The notes: a model not told the origin generated them from the sequence alone. DNA of 64,000 nt from Alphaproteobacteria bacterium (GCA_026400395.1 JAPLPD010000160.1:1427-65426); one strand, 5' to 3'; positions 1 to 10,040 are shown, counted from the stretch's first letter. Program-made: numbers and translations.

Positions 1-741
1 GATCTCGCGGCGCAGGCCGAGCCCGACGGCCACACGCTGTTCGTCAGCGCGCCGGGGCCGCTGGCGATCAATCAGAACCTGTACAAGAAGCTGTCCTACA
101 AGCCCGAGGATTTCGTGCCGATCACGGTGCTCGGCAGCGTGCCCAACGTCACGATCGTGAAGAAGGAACTTCCGGTCAATTCGCTGAAGGAACTGGTCGA
201 GTACATCAAGGGCAACCCCGGCAAGGTCGTTTACGGCAGCCAGGGCAACGGCGCGACGCCGCACCTCACGGCCAACATGTTCATGGCCATGACCGGCACC
301 AACATGGTGCATGTGCCGTATCGCGGAGAGACGCTGGTGCTGCAGGATATCCTGGGCGGCCACGTCGATCTGTTCTTCGGCAATGTATCGGCCGGTCTGG
401 CGCTCTGGCGCGACGGCAAGATCAAGGTGCTCGCGGTGCTCGACAAGAAGCGCTCAGCCCAGATGGCCGATGTGCCGACCACCGCCGAGGCCGGGATGCC
501 CGATCTCGTTTCGGTCGGCTGGTTCGCGGTTGCCGGGCCGCCGAAGATGGCCCCCGCGCTGCGCGATCAGATCGCCCGCGATTTCATCGAGGTGCTGAAA
601 ATGCCGGACGTGGTGGCGAAGTACCGTGCGCTGAGCGTCGATACCGGCGGCGGCACGCCGGCGGAGACCGCAGCCTTCATCAAGGAGGAGGCGCGCATCT
701 GGGGCGACGTGATCAAGAAGAACAACATCGTGGTGGAGTGA
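1..741 (+). CDS. Bug/TctC tripartite tricarboxylate transporter substrate-binding protein (5'-truncated by window)
   Basis: Frame open from the window edge to TGA at 739-741; Bug motifs (YGSQGNGATPHL, HVPYRGE, DILGGHVD, VPTTAEAGMP, W..VIKKNNI). Confidence 0.9.
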   Translation, partial: DLAAQAEPDGHTLFVSAPGPLAINQNLYKKLSYKPEDFVPITVLGSVPNVTIVKKELPVNSLKELVEYIKGNPGKVVYGSQGNGATPHLTANMFMAMTGTNMVHVPYRGETLVLQDILGGHVDLFFGNVSAGLALWRDGKIKVLAVLDKKRSAQMADVPTTAEAGMPDLVSVGWFAVAGPPKMAPALRDQIARDFIEVLKMPDVVAKYRALSVDTGGGTPAETAAFIKEEARIWGDVIKKNNIVVE

Positions 742-792
742 GAGTCGCGGCTCTTGGCTGACAGCAAAGTGCCGGACGAAGCAGGGAACGCG

Positions 793-1917
793 ATGCAGCG
801 CAGCACCGACAGGATACTCACCACCCACACCGGCAGCCTGCCGCGCCCCGCCAAAGTGGTGGAGCAATTGTTGGCCGGCCGGCGCAGTGGTCCGGCGCTC
901 GACGCCGCGGTGGATGAAGCGGTCGCCGGCGTGATCGCTAAGCAGAAGGCGGCGGGCATCGACATCATCAACGATGGCGAGCAGGGCCGCACCGACTACA
1001 CGGTGCATGTCATCGACCGGCTGACCGGCTTCGAAGGGCAGACCGACGTGCCGCGCGGTCACGGCGAACCGGAGTTTCCCGAACTGGCCGAACTGCTCAA
1101 GCAATTCGCCTCGCCGTTCCAGCATCGTCCGGCCTGCTCGGGGCCGATCGCCTGGAAGGACTGGGCCGCGGCCGAGACCGACATCGCCCGCGCCAAGGCA
1201 GCGATGAGCAAGGCCGGCGTCGCCGAGGCGTTCATGACCTCGCCGTCGCCCGGCCAGATCGCGCGCTATCTCAAGAACGCGTACTACAAGACCGTCGAGG
1301 AATACCTGTTCACCCTGGCGGACGTGATGGCGCGCGAGTATCGCGCCATCGTTGAAGCGGGGTTCATCCTGCAACTCGACTGTCCCGATCTGGCGATGTC
1401 CTACGCGCTCTATCCCGGCATCGGCATGGGCGATTACCGCAAGATCATCGCGCTCAACGTCGAGGCGCTCAACCAGTCGGTCAAGGATCTGCCCGCCGAT
1501 CGCATGCGCATGCATGTGTGCTGGGGCTCGACGCTCGGGCCGCACCACGGCGACGTGCCCTTGAAAGATATCGTCGATATCATCCTCACCGCGAAACCCG
1601 CCGCGGTGTCGTTTCCCGGCGCCAATCCGCGCCACGGCCACGAGTGGAAGCTATGGCAGGACGTCAAATTGCCGGCGGGCAAGGCCATTATTCCGGGCGT
1701 GATTGATTCCACCTCGAACTTCGTCGAGCATCCGGAACTGGTGGCCGACCGCATCGTGCAGTACGCCAACGCCGTCGGCCGGGAGAATGTGATCGCCGGT
1801 GTCGATTGCGGCTTCGGCACCTTCGCCGGCCGCGTGCAGGTCGACAGCAAGATCGTCTGGATGAAACTTGCGTCGCTCGCCGATGGCGCGCGGCTGGCGA
1901 CCCAGCGGTTGTGGTAG
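793..1917 (+). CDS. Cobalamin-independent methionine synthase II family protein (MetE C-terminal-like)
   Basis: TTHTGSLPRP, NDGEQGR, LQLDCPDL, HVCWG, GVDCGF zinc-ligand motifs; ATG at 793 after a purine-rich RBS (ORF track starts at 754). Confidence 0.85.
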   Translation: MQRSTDRILTTHTGSLPRPAKVVEQLLAGRRSGPALDAAVDEAVAGVIAKQKAAGIDIINDGEQGRTDYTVHVIDRLTGFEGQTDVPRGHGEPEFPELAELLKQFASPFQHRPACSGPIAWKDWAAAETDIARAKAAMSKAGVAEAFMTSPSPGQIARYLKNAYYKTVEEYLFTLADVMAREYRAIVEAGFILQLDCPDLAMSYALYPGIGMGDYRKIIALNVEALNQSVKDLPADRMRMHVCWGSTLGPHHGDVPLKDIVDIILTAKPAAVSFPGANPRHGHEWKLWQDVKLPAGKAIIPGVIDSTSNFVEHPELVADRIVQYANAVGRENVIAGVDCGFGTFAGRVQVDSKIVWMKLASLADGARLATQRLW

Positions 1918-1927
1918 GGTGCCAGAC

Positions 1928-2425
1928 TCAATAGCTGTCGGGCGTTCCGGCTTTCCGCAGTCCCGCGCGGGCGGCTTCGTTGTTTGGCGCCTCGGTAAGG
2001 ACGGCCTTGAAGTCGTCGACCGCGCGCCGGGTCTGGCCGGTCGCCTGATAGAGTTGCCCCCGGATGGTGAGCAGGTGCTGCTTCCTGTCCTTCGGAAACG
2101 CATGGGCCTGCAGCGCATCGGTGATGTCCGTAATGCCCAACTGCGCATCCTGCGGGATTTCCACCAACGACCAGCGCTTGGCATAGAGCAGCCCGCGCTG
2201 GCCGAGCGCTTGTCCGCGCAGATCCCGGGAGGTTGCCGTGTTGTTGGCGATCTCGTCGCACGAGGCGATCGCCTTGGCGAGATCGCTCATGCGCAGGGCG
2301 GCGACCGTTTCGGTCAGGCAATCGCGCACCAGTTGGACGGATTGCGCGCTCGCCGGCGGTACGCCGATGGCCCCGAGAAGGCCCGAGGCGATCGCAGCAT
2401 GAAGGGCGAAACGGCGTGCGGTCAT
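1928..2425 (-). CDS. Exported TPR-like protein
   Basis: MTARRFALHAAIASGLLGAIGVPPASA signal peptide; TPR-like helices (GQRGLLY, RGQLYQATGQTRRAVDDFKAVL..PNN); 3' part of ORF 1928..2953. Confidence 0.65.
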   Translation of the reverse strand: MTARRFALHAAIASGLLGAIGVPPASAQSVQLVRDCLTETVAALRMSDLAKAIASCDEIANNTATSRDLRGQALGQRGLLYAKRWSLVEIPQDAQLGITDITDALQAHAFPKDRKQHLLTIRGQLYQATGQTRRAVDDFKAVLTEAPNNEAARAGLRKAGTPDSY

Positions 2426-2427
2426 GT

Positions 2428-3219
2428 CTATCCTTTGGCCATCCGTACCATGCCCCAGCGCTGCACGGTGGCCTTTTCGATCGAACCGAACACCAGCCGC
2501 TCGAACGCAAACCCGATGCCGCCGATCACGATCAGCGAGGCGATCATCAGCGGCGCGTTGAGGAACTCCTTGGCGTCGAAGATCACCCAGCCAAGGCCGA
2601 AGTCGGACGCGGCGAGGAATTCGGCGCCGATCACCGCGATCCAGGCGCGCAGGAACGCCTGCCGCAGGCCGGTGATGATGAACGGCGAGGCGCCCGGCAC
2701 GATCACCTTCCAGAACATCGCGCGTTCGCCCGCGCCCATGGCGCCGGCGGCGCGGAGCCACATCGGATTGACCGCGCGGCCGCCGGACCAGGTGTTGAGC
2801 AGCATCGGAAACAGCGCCGCGTAGAACACGATCAGGATCGCCACCGTGTTGCCGAGCCCGAACCACAGGATGAAAATCGGCACCCAGGCGAGCGACGGGA
2901 TCGGCATCAGCGCGCTGACCAGCGGCATGAAGAAATGCTCGATCGGCTTCCACCGCGCCATCAGGATGCCGAGCGGCAGGCCGATGCCGACCGCCAGCGC
3001 CATGCCCACCAGCACGCGGTAGAGGGTGCTGGCCGCGTGCACGATCATGGTGCCGTCGAGCAGCGAGCCGATCAGCGCGGTCCAGACCTTGGGCAAGGTC
3101 GGCATCAGCGCCGGCGGGAAATAGGCGGTGCGCGCGACCGCCTCGTAGAGCGCCGCGGCCACCGCGATGGTGACGGCGGCACGCAGGGTCGAGCGGGTGC
3201 GGGCGGATACGGCGGTCAT
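2428..3219 (-). CDS. ABC transporter permease, NitT/TauC/SsuC family
   Basis: PIPSLAW..LWFGLG, EAA-like loop AAGAMGA, VIVPGASPFIITGLR; start overlaps the upstream permease stop. Confidence 0.9.
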   Translation of the reverse strand: MTAVSARTRSTLRAAVTIAVAAALYEAVARTAYFPPALMPTLPKVWTALIGSLLDGTMIVHAASTLYRVLVGMALAVGIGLPLGILMARWKPIEHFFMPLVSALMPIPSLAWVPIFILWFGLGNTVAILIVFYAALFPMLLNTWSGGRAVNPMWLRAAGAMGAGERAMFWKVIVPGASPFIITGLRQAFLRAWIAVIGAEFLAASDFGLGWVIFDAKEFLNAPLMIASLIVIGGIGFAFERLVFGSIEKATVQRWGMVRMAKG

Positions 3220-4043
3220 GTCATCATGCCCCAGCGCATCACGGTGTATTCTTCGATCTTCTGGAACACGAGCTTTTCGAGCGCCAGCCCGATCACGCCG
3301 ATCACGAACACCCCGGCCAGCATCACGTCGGTGTTCAGGAACTCGCGGGCGCCGAAGATCATCCAGCCGAGCCCCCATGGCACCGCGGCCAGCATCTCGA
3401 TGCCGACCAGGATGCGCCACGCTTGCGCCAGCCCGAGCCGCAATCCGGTGAGGATGTAGGGCAAGGCGCCCGGCACGATCACCTTGACGAACAGGCGGCG
3501 GTCGTCGGCGCCCATCGCCTGCGCCGAACGCACCCAGATTTCCTTCACCGCCGTCACGCCGGTCCAGGTGTTGAAGATGATCGGGAACGCCGAGACGAAA
3601 GCGACCAGCAGCACGGCGGATTTGTTGCCGAGGCCGAACCACAACAGGAACAACGGCGCGTAGGCGAGGCCGGGGATCGGCGCGCCGATCGAAACCAGCG
3701 GCAGCGCGATGTCCTCGAACCGGCGCGAGCGTCCCATCAGAATGCCGAGGGTGACGCCGACCACCGCGGCCAGCGCAAATCCGGCGAGCAGTCGGAGCAC
3801 GGTATCGAACACATGATGCGGCAGAATGCCGTTCATGGTCAGGAACACGAACGATTCGGCGACCGTCACCAGCGAAGGGAACAGCTTCGGCGGAAACGTG
3901 CCGCTGCGCGCCACGATCTCCCAGATCGAGAACACGACGATGAACGGGAAGGTGTTGCGCCAGATCACCCGCCACCGCGAATCCTCCGGCGCGTGCGCCG
4001 CCCGCGCCGCCAGAACGCCGGTCTCGGTGGTGATGTCGGTCAT
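3216..4043 (-). CDS. ABC transporter permease, NitT/TauC/SsuC family
   Basis: PIPGLAYAPLFLLWFGLG, SAQAMGA, VPGALPYILTGLRLG; start MTDITTE at 4043. Confidence 0.9.
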   Translation of the reverse strand: MTDITTETGVLAARAAHAPEDSRWRVIWRNTFPFIVVFSIWEIVARSGTFPPKLFPSLVTVAESFVFLTMNGILPHHVFDTVLRLLAGFALAAVVGVTLGILMGRSRRFEDIALPLVSIGAPIPGLAYAPLFLLWFGLGNKSAVLLVAFVSAFPIIFNTWTGVTAVKEIWVRSAQAMGADDRRLFVKVIVPGALPYILTGLRLGLAQAWRILVGIEMLAAVPWGLGWMIFGAREFLNTDVMLAGVFVIGVIGLALEKLVFQKIEEYTVMRWGMMT

Positions 4044-4113
4044 GCGTGAGGATAGTGCGATCCGGCAGATGCCCACAAGCGGTGCAGCTTTGTGTTCTGG
4101 AGGAACCCTCCGC

Positions 4114-4227
4114 GTCACTCCGGACGCGCCCACGGCGCGATCCGGAATCCATACTGCTGGGGACGGTTATGGTTCCGTGTTCGTCGCGGCTTCGCCCTTC
4201 GCGCCGGGGTGGCCTTCCCGGAATGAC
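4114..4227. repeat. Rhizobial REP/MITE-like palindromic element (GTCAyTCCGG...CCGGAATGAC type)
   Basis: Terminal inverted repeats GTCACTCCGG / CCGGAATGAC with internal CCGGAATCCAT and TTATGGTTCCG; intergenic. Confidence 0.65.
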
Positions 4228-4286
4228 GGTGGAGAGTTTCCCTCAGCCTGATAGATTGTGCGCCAAGAAATGCCCGGAGGAATGCC

Positions 4287-5429
4287 TTGCTCGACCGCAC
4301 CGCCTCGTCGCAGCGCGACCGCCTCGGAATGTACAACGCCAATGCGTTGAAGCTTGGCCTGTTTGGCGCCAACTGCTCGTCCGGCCGGGCGGCCACCCGC
4401 GTGCCGGAGCGCTGGTCGGCGAGCTGGGAGGACTGCCTCGCGCTGGCGAAAATGGCCGATGCCGCCGGCATCGACTTCATGCTGCCGATCGGCCGCTGGA
4501 AGGGTTACAGCGGCGACACCGACCTGCACGGCGAATCGCTCGAGACCATCACCTGGGCCACCGGTCTGCTGGCGGCGACCTCGCGAATCACCTGCTTCGG
4601 CACCGTGCACGCGCCGCTGTTCCATCCGATCATCGCCGCCAAGCAATGCGTCACCGCCGATCACGTCGGCGAGGGCCGCTTCGGCCTCAACGTCGTCGCC
4701 GGCTGGAACGAGGGCGAGTTCGAAATGTTCGGCGTACAACAGCGCGAACACGAGGCGCGCTACGCCTACGCCCAGGAGTGGATCGACGCCATCAAGATGG
4801 CGTGGGGCCCGGACGACGACATCGACTTCGATGGCGAGCACATCAAGCTCCGGAAAATCCGCGCTAAGCCGAAGCCCTATGGTGGCTCCCGGCCGCTGAT
4901 CATGAACGCGGGCTCGTCCGGCGCCGGCGAAGCCTTTGCCATGCGCAACTGCGACGCCTATTTCACCGCCACCTCAAGCTCGCGCCAGGGCGTCGACAAG
5001 ACCGCCGAGATGATCATCGACGTCAAGGCCAAGGGCCGCGCGCTCGGCCGCGACATCGAGGTCTTCACCGTCGGCCAGGTGGTCTGCCGCGCGACCCAGA
5101 AGGAGGCCGAGGACTACTACCGCCACGCCACCATCGAGATGGCCGACTGGGGCGCGGTCGACCGCATGATGGAGATCAAGAACCTCACCCCGGAGACGCT
5201 CGGCGAGAAAGCCTTTGCCGAGAAGCGCATGTACTTCGCTTCGCGCGCGCTCGGCGGCTATCCGTTCGTCGGCACGCCCGACCGCATCGCCGACGAGCTT
5301 GCCGACCTGAGCCGCTCCGGCGTGCGCGGCATCGCCTTCTCGATGATCAATTATCTCGACGAGTTGCCGTTCTTCCGCGACGAGGTGCTGCCGCGGCTGG
5401 AGAAGAAGTGCGTACGCGCGAAGAATTGA
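4287..5429 (+). CDS. LLM-class (luciferase-like) flavin-dependent monooxygenase
   Basis: LKLGLFGANCSSG, LPIGRWKGY, GTVHAP..HP, GRFGLNVVAGWN..EF, MNAGSS..G; TTG start after GGAGG. Confidence 0.9.
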   Translation: MLDRTASSQRDRLGMYNANALKLGLFGANCSSGRAATRVPERWSASWEDCLALAKMADAAGIDFMLPIGRWKGYSGDTDLHGESLETITWATGLLAATSRITCFGTVHAPLFHPIIAAKQCVTADHVGEGRFGLNVVAGWNEGEFEMFGVQQREHEARYAYAQEWIDAIKMAWGPDDDIDFDGEHIKLRKIRAKPKPYGGSRPLIMNAGSSGAGEAFAMRNCDAYFTATSSSRQGVDKTAEMIIDVKAKGRALGRDIEVFTVGQVVCRATQKEAEDYYRHATIEMADWGAVDRMMEIKNLTPETLGEKAFAEKRMYFASRALGGYPFVGTPDRIADELADLSRSGVRGIAFSMINYLDELPFFRDEVLPRLEKKCVRAKN

Positions 5430-5630
5430 CCGGTGGATTGAATCGGGGGCGTGAGCGTATCGGCGCACGCGAGCGGCGGGCTTTGCGCTAGCACGAGACG
5501 ATGCCACATCGTCCCCCCCGGAGACGGGGAGGGATCGCCGCCGCACCGTCGGTGCGACAGAAGCGACGCGATTACGATTTGTAAGGCGGAACGATTGGCT
5601 TGCCGGCCGGCGCCGCATGGCGGCTGTGGC

Positions 5631-5717
5631 TGGTGCCCCTGGCCGGTTTCGAACCAGCACGATGTTGCCATCACCAGATTTTGAGTCTGGCGCGTCTACC
5701 AGTTCCGCCACAGGGGC
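5631..5717 (-). tRNA. tRNA-Leu(CAA)
   Basis: Minus strand GCCCCTG...CAGGGGC-ACCA acceptor with encoded CCA; D-loop TGGTAGAC; anticodon arm CCAGA-CTCAAAA-TCTGG; long variable arm; TTCGAAA T-loop; 87 nt. Confidence 0.97.
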
Positions 5718-5824
5718 TATGGCCGAATCATAGTCCATGCCGCCGCGAATCGCCAGTTTCACGGTGTTGTGGGTCGACACAATTGCGGCGGAAGGCTATG
5801 CGACGTCCGAACCCCAGGAACCCA

Positions 5825-6370
5825 ATGCTCGCACCGGCCATCACACTCTTCCGAACCCAGCCCGCCGCCGCGGCGGCCATTGCCATCGCCGTGATCGGCG
5901 TCCTGACGATGATGGGGTTCTTCTACTTCCAGTACGTGCTGGGCTATCCGCCCTGTCCGCTGTGCCTGGAGCAGCGCTACGCGTTCTACGTGTCGGTGCC
6001 GCTCGCCGCGATGATCCTGCTCGGGCTGTCGGTCGGCTCGTCGCGCAAGGTGCTGATGCTGGCGCTGCTCGCCATCGCCGCCGCGATGCTGTGGAACGCC
6101 GGCCTTGGTGTTTTCCACTCCGGCGTCGAATGGCACTGGTGGCCCGGCCCGACGGATTGCTCTGGCGCCACGCCGAACTTCAGTGCCGGCGGCAGCCTGC
6201 TCGATCAGATCGCGCGGACTCGCGTGGTCCGCTGCGACGAGGCCGCGTGGCGGTTCCTCGGCCTTTCGCTTGCCGGCTACAACGTGCTGGTGTCGCTGGC
6301 GCTGGCTGCGATCGCTGCCTGGGGCGCGCTGGGTGTGAGGGCGATGCCGGCCGAAGCGGACGACGAGTAG
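5825..6370 (+). CDS. dsbB: Disulfide bond formation protein B family
   Basis: PCPLCLEQR motif, WWPGPTDCSG, VRCDEAAW, four TM helices. Confidence 0.85.
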   Translation: MLAPAITLFRTQPAAAAAIAIAVIGVLTMMGFFYFQYVLGYPPCPLCLEQRYAFYVSVPLAAMILLGLSVGSSRKVLMLALLAIAAAMLWNAGLGVFHSGVEWHWWPGPTDCSGATPNFSAGGSLLDQIARTRVVRCDEAAWRFLGLSLAGYNVLVSLALAAIAAWGALGVRAMPAEADDE

Positions 6371-6379
6371 AAGCCGGCT

Positions 6380-6853
6380 TCAGCCTCGGCGCGCCGCAGT
6401 GATCGCTGCGACGTCGATCTTGCGCATGGTCATCGTCGCTTCAAACGCACGCTTGGCTTCGTCGCCGCCGGCCGCCATCGCCTCCAACAGTACCCGCGGC
6501 GTGATCTGCCACGAGATGCCCCACTTGTCCTTGCACCAGCCGCACGCGCTTTCCTGGCCGCCGTTGCCGACGATGGCGTTCCAATAGCGGTCGGTCTCCG
6601 CCTGGTCCTCGGTGGTGATCATAAATGAGAAGGCTTCGGTATGCTTGAACATGGGGCCGCCGTTGAGGCCGGCGCACGCGACGCCGGCGACTTTGAACTC
6701 GACGGTCAGCACGTCGCCCTTCTTGCCGGATGGATAGTCGGTGGGCGCGCGGTGGATGGCGCCCACGGAGCTGTCGGGAAAGGTCTCGGCATAAAAGCGG
6801 GCTGCTGCTTCGGCATCCTTGTCGTACCAGACGCAGATCGTGTTCTTTGCCAT
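6380..6853 (-). CDS. VOC/PhnB-like (3-demethylubiquinone-9 3-methyltransferase family) protein
   Basis: NTICVWYDKDAEAAARFY, LNGGP.F, CGWCKDKWGISWQI, MRKIDVA. Confidence 0.9.
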   Translation of the reverse strand: MAKNTICVWYDKDAEAAARFYAETFPDSSVGAIHRAPTDYPSGKKGDVLTVEFKVAGVACAGLNGGPMFKHTEAFSFMITTEDQAETDRYWNAIVGNGGQESACGWCKDKWGISWQITPRVLLEAMAAGGDEAKRAFEATMTMRKIDVAAITAARRG

Positions 6854-6971
6854 GGCATGTTCGTTCTTGCGAGACGCGTGTTGATCGCCACGGGGTGGCT
6901 TCGGGATATGAAGTCCGTTCCCCACGGCAGAACGCGCCGGGTTCGCTGGCCACGCGGCGCGGAGCCGCGTC

Positions 6972-7532
6972 TCAGGGATCGAGCTCGGTATCCCAGTAGA
7001 GATAGTCGAGCCAACTGCCGTGCAGGTAGTTCGGCGGGAACGACCGGCCGTTGCGGTGCAGGTGCTGGACGCTCGGTTGCATCGGCGTCTGCGAGGGGAA
7101 CATCCGCGCCTCGGCCGGGGTCATGTTGCCCTTGCGCAGATTGCAGGGCGAGCAGGCCGCGACCACGTTGAGCCAGGTGGTCAGGCCGCCGCGCGAGCGC
7201 GGCATCAGATGATCGAAGGTGAGGTCGTCGCGCGAGCCGCAATACTGGCAGCAGAAGCGGTCGCGCAAGAACACGTTGAAGCGGGTAAAGGCGGGGTTGG
7301 TCGAAGGCTTCACGTAAGTCTTGAGCGAGACCACGCTCGGCAGCTTCATTTCCATCGAGGGGCTGTGAACCGCGTGATCGTATTGCTCGACGATGTTCAC
7401 GCGATCGAGGAAGACCGCCTTGATCGTATCCTGCCACGACCAGAGCGACAGCGGGTAATAGCTGAGCGGACGGAAGTCCGCGTTCAACACCAGAGCGGGA
7501 AAACCGTTCCCAGGTGGTACGTGCACGTTCAA
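6972..7532 (-). CDS. HNH endonuclease (McrA-like, rhizobial conserved type)
   Basis: PALVLNADFRPLSYYPLSLW, RDRFCCQYCG, TFDHLMPRSRGG, NVVAACSPCNLRKG; probable TTG start at 7532. Confidence 0.85.
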   Translation of the reverse strand: MNVHVPPGNGFPALVLNADFRPLSYYPLSLWSWQDTIKAVFLDRVNIVEQYDHAVHSPSMEMKLPSVVSLKTYVKPSTNPAFTRFNVFLRDRFCCQYCGSRDDLTFDHLMPRSRGGLTTWLNVVAACSPCNLRKGNMTPAEARMFPSQTPMQPSVQHLHRNGRSFPPNYLHGSWLDYLYWDTELDP

Positions 7533-7680
7533 GGCGAGGTCCCTCGACACCCCCGAAAACCGCGCGCCGCAGCGGCGGCATGCACACAGTCTATAGGGAG
7601 CGTGACGGCATTGTGAAGCGCTGGAATTGTGCAGGGTGTGCGCGAATCGTGGCACCCATGCGCCGGCGCGGGCCGCTCGG

Positions 7681-8355
7681 TCAGGAGCGCAGGCCGAATC
7701 GACGAGCCAGGAATGAGCCGCCGTGGCGCAGCCCCTCCTGGTCGATGCCGTGGCCGATGCCTTGCGAAATGTGCCACTCCACCGGCACTTCGAGCGCCGC
7801 CAGATCCTGCGCGCCCTGCCGCAGCGCCTGCACCGGGATCAGTTCGTCCCGGTCGCCGTGGATCAACAGCACTGGCGGCTTGGTTTTAATCTCGCCTGCG
7901 ATTGCTTCGGCCTTGGCCTTGTCGGGCAGAACGAAAACGCCGGAATATCCGACGATCGCGGCGGGCGCGACGGCGCGGCGAAGCCCGACGTGAAGCGACA
8001 TCATGGTGCCCTGGGAGAATCCGACCAGCGCCAGCGCTGTGGGCGGCAGCTTCCGGCGGGCGAGTTCGGCTTCGAGGAATTGCTCGAGCCCCGGGCCGGC
8101 CTTGTTGACGCCCTCCCAGCGCTCATTCTGGGCGCGGGTGAACAGCGGAAACCACTGCCGCCCGGTCGGCGCCTGACCGCACGGCTCGGGCGCGTGCGGG
8201 GACACGAATGCGGTGTCCGGCAGCAGGCCCTGCCAGGCGCGGCCGATGTCGATCAGGTCGTTGCCGTCCGCGCCATAGCCGTGCAGGAAAACCACCAGCC
8301 GCTTGGCCGGCTGCCCGCCCTGCGGTTCGAGTCGCGGTCCGTCGAGTTCAGCCAT
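7681..8355 (-). CDS. Phospholipase/carboxylesterase (alpha/beta hydrolase)
   Basis: LHGYGADG, GFSQG nucleophile elbow, HGDRD, GHGI catalytic His. Confidence 0.9.
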   Translation of the reverse strand: MAELDGPRLEPQGGQPAKRLVVFLHGYGADGNDLIDIGRAWQGLLPDTAFVSPHAPEPCGQAPTGRQWFPLFTRAQNERWEGVNKAGPGLEQFLEAELARRKLPPTALALVGFSQGTMMSLHVGLRRAVAPAAIVGYSGVFVLPDKAKAEAIAGEIKTKPPVLLIHGDRDELIPVQALRQGAQDLAALEVPVEWHISQGIGHGIDQEGLRHGGSFLARRFGLRS

Positions 8356-9058
8356 TGGCGGCTCCGATTGTTTTCTTCGCTTTTTGCTTTTTGGTCACGG
8401 CGGGCCAGGTCGCTTGCACCGGCGCACGCTCGCGCCGTTTCACCACATGATAGTAGGCCCACAACAGATGCGCGGCCACCCCGCGCCATGGCCGCCATTT
8501 TTCGCCGAGCTTCACCATTGCCTTGTAGTCGGGCCTTGTCCGGAGGCCGAAAGCGATGCGGGCGGCCTCCTGCAATGCGAGATCGCCGGCCGGCCAGGCG
8601 TCGGCATTGCCGAGGCAGAACAGCAGATAAATATCGGCGGTCCAGGGCCCGATGCCGTGCAGCGCGGTCAACGCCGCGTGCGCGGCGTCGGCGTCCATCG
8701 CAGCGACCGCGTCGAGATCGATGTGCCCCCGGGAAATCGCCTTGCCGATTTCCTTGACCGCCTTGATCTTGGGTTTCGACAGGCCGAGCCGCGCGAGTTT
8801 GTCGGCGCGCGCGAGCCGCACCCTGTCGTGATGGAACGGCTCGAACGCCGCGAAAAGCCGCGCGCGGATCGCCGCGGCCGCGGCGGTGGACACCTGCTGC
8901 CCGCAGACGATGGAACACAGGCCCGCGTAGCCGCCCTCGCGGCGGCGCAGAGCCGGCATGCCGGCGGTGGCAAACACCGGTTCCCACCGCGGGTCCTGTT
9001 TGACGAGAACGCCGATGGCGGTTTCCAACTCGGCCTGGGTGTGAATGATGTGAGTCAT
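8348..9058 (-). CDS. DNA-3-methyladenine glycosylase II (AlkA/HhH-GPD family)
   Basis: IVCGQQVSTAAA, HhH motif LHGIGPWTA, WPAGDLAL, WRPWRGVAAHLLW. Confidence 0.9.
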   Translation of the reverse strand: MTHIIHTQAELETAIGVLVKQDPRWEPVFATAGMPALRRREGGYAGLCSIVCGQQVSTAAAAAIRARLFAAFEPFHHDRVRLARADKLARLGLSKPKIKAVKEIGKAISRGHIDLDAVAAMDADAAHAALTALHGIGPWTADIYLLFCLGNADAWPAGDLALQEAARIAFGLRTRPDYKAMVKLGEKWRPWRGVAAHLLWAYYHVVKRRERAPVQATWPAVTKKQKAKKTIGAANG

Positions 9059-9115
9059 GCTCTAGGGTTTTGTCGCAAAGCCACCGCCGTCTCGCAAGTG
9101 ATCCTTCCACCCGTC

Positions 9116-9991
9116 ATGCCGCAACCCGTTTTCCGCTTCGCGCCGAGCCCGAACGGCCATCTGCATCTCGGTCACGCGCTGTCGGCGCTGCTGAACTTCG
9201 ACTTGGCGCGCGCCGCCGGCGGCCGTCTGCTGCTGCGCATGGAGGACATCGACACCGCGCGCTGCCGGCCGGAATTCGAGGCGGCGATCTTCGAAGACCT
9301 CGCGTGGCTCGGCATTTCCTGGGAGCAGCCGGTCCGCCGCCAGTCGGAACACTTCGCCAGATATCGCGCCGCACTTGCAAAGCTCGACGCCATCCGCATG
9401 ACGTTCCCGAGTTTCGAGAGCCGGGCCGAACTGATTCATCTGGTCGGCGACCGCGACGTGCGCGAACGCTGGCCGCGCGATCCGGACGGTGTGCCGCTTT
9501 ATCCCGGCGCGGCGCGCCAGATGAAGGAACCCGATCGGCAGGCGCGGATTGCCCGCGGCGAGCCTTACGCGATCCGCCTCGATATCGAGAAGGCGATGGA
9601 ATGGGTCGGCCCGCTGCGCTGGAACGAGACCGGCGCGGGGCCCGGCGGCGAGCGCGGCGAGATCGCCGCCGATCCCGCCGCCTGGGGCGACGTGATCGTC
9701 GGCCGCAAGGAAACACCGACCAGCTATCATCTGTCGGTGGTGATCGACGACGCGTTGCAGGGCGTGACTCATGTGGTGCGCGGCCAGGATCTGTTCTGGG
9801 CTACCAGCGTGCACCGCGTGCTGCAGGCGCTGCTCGATCTGCCGGCGCCGGAGTATCACCATCACCGGCTGGTGCTCGATGCCGATGGCCGCAAACTTTC
9901 CAAATCCACGGCGGCCACCGGGCTGCGCGAACTGCGCGCGCAGGGCGTCACGCCGGCCGACGTTCGCAGACTTGTGAACGTGGCGCTGTAG
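9116..9991 (+). CDS. gluQ: tRNA glutamyl-Q(34) synthetase
   Basis: RFAPSPNGHLHLGH, LRMEDID, YHLSVVIDD, VRGQDL, KLSKS; no anticodon-binding domain. Confidence 0.9.
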   Translation: MPQPVFRFAPSPNGHLHLGHALSALLNFDLARAAGGRLLLRMEDIDTARCRPEFEAAIFEDLAWLGISWEQPVRRQSEHFARYRAALAKLDAIRMTFPSFESRAELIHLVGDRDVRERWPRDPDGVPLYPGAARQMKEPDRQARIARGEPYAIRLDIEKAMEWVGPLRWNETGAGPGGERGEIAADPAAWGDVIVGRKETPTSYHLSVVIDDALQGVTHVVRGQDLFWATSVHRVLQALLDLPAPEYHHHRLVLDADGRKLSKSTAATGLRELRAQGVTPADVRRLVNVAL

Positions 9992-10040
9992 TTTGGACCT
10001 TCCCGGCGTGGCATGGTTGCCGTCGGGGGATGGGGAACTC

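Noticed and set aside
454-1641. Long antisense and alternative-frame ORFs (e.g. 454..1641, 18343..20613, 38791..41091, 57786..59378)
   Set aside because: Shadow ORFs of well-supported genes, expected from high-GC codon bias; no recognisable domains.
5631-5717. tRNA-Leu as the integration site of an island or prophage
   Set aside because: No integrase, no duplicated tRNA 3' end and no phage genes seen in the window.
6972-7532. HNH nuclease as a defence or mobile system
   Set aside because: It matches the stand-alone type that sits beside the esterase and AlkA genes in rhizobia; no methylase, Cas or intron context.
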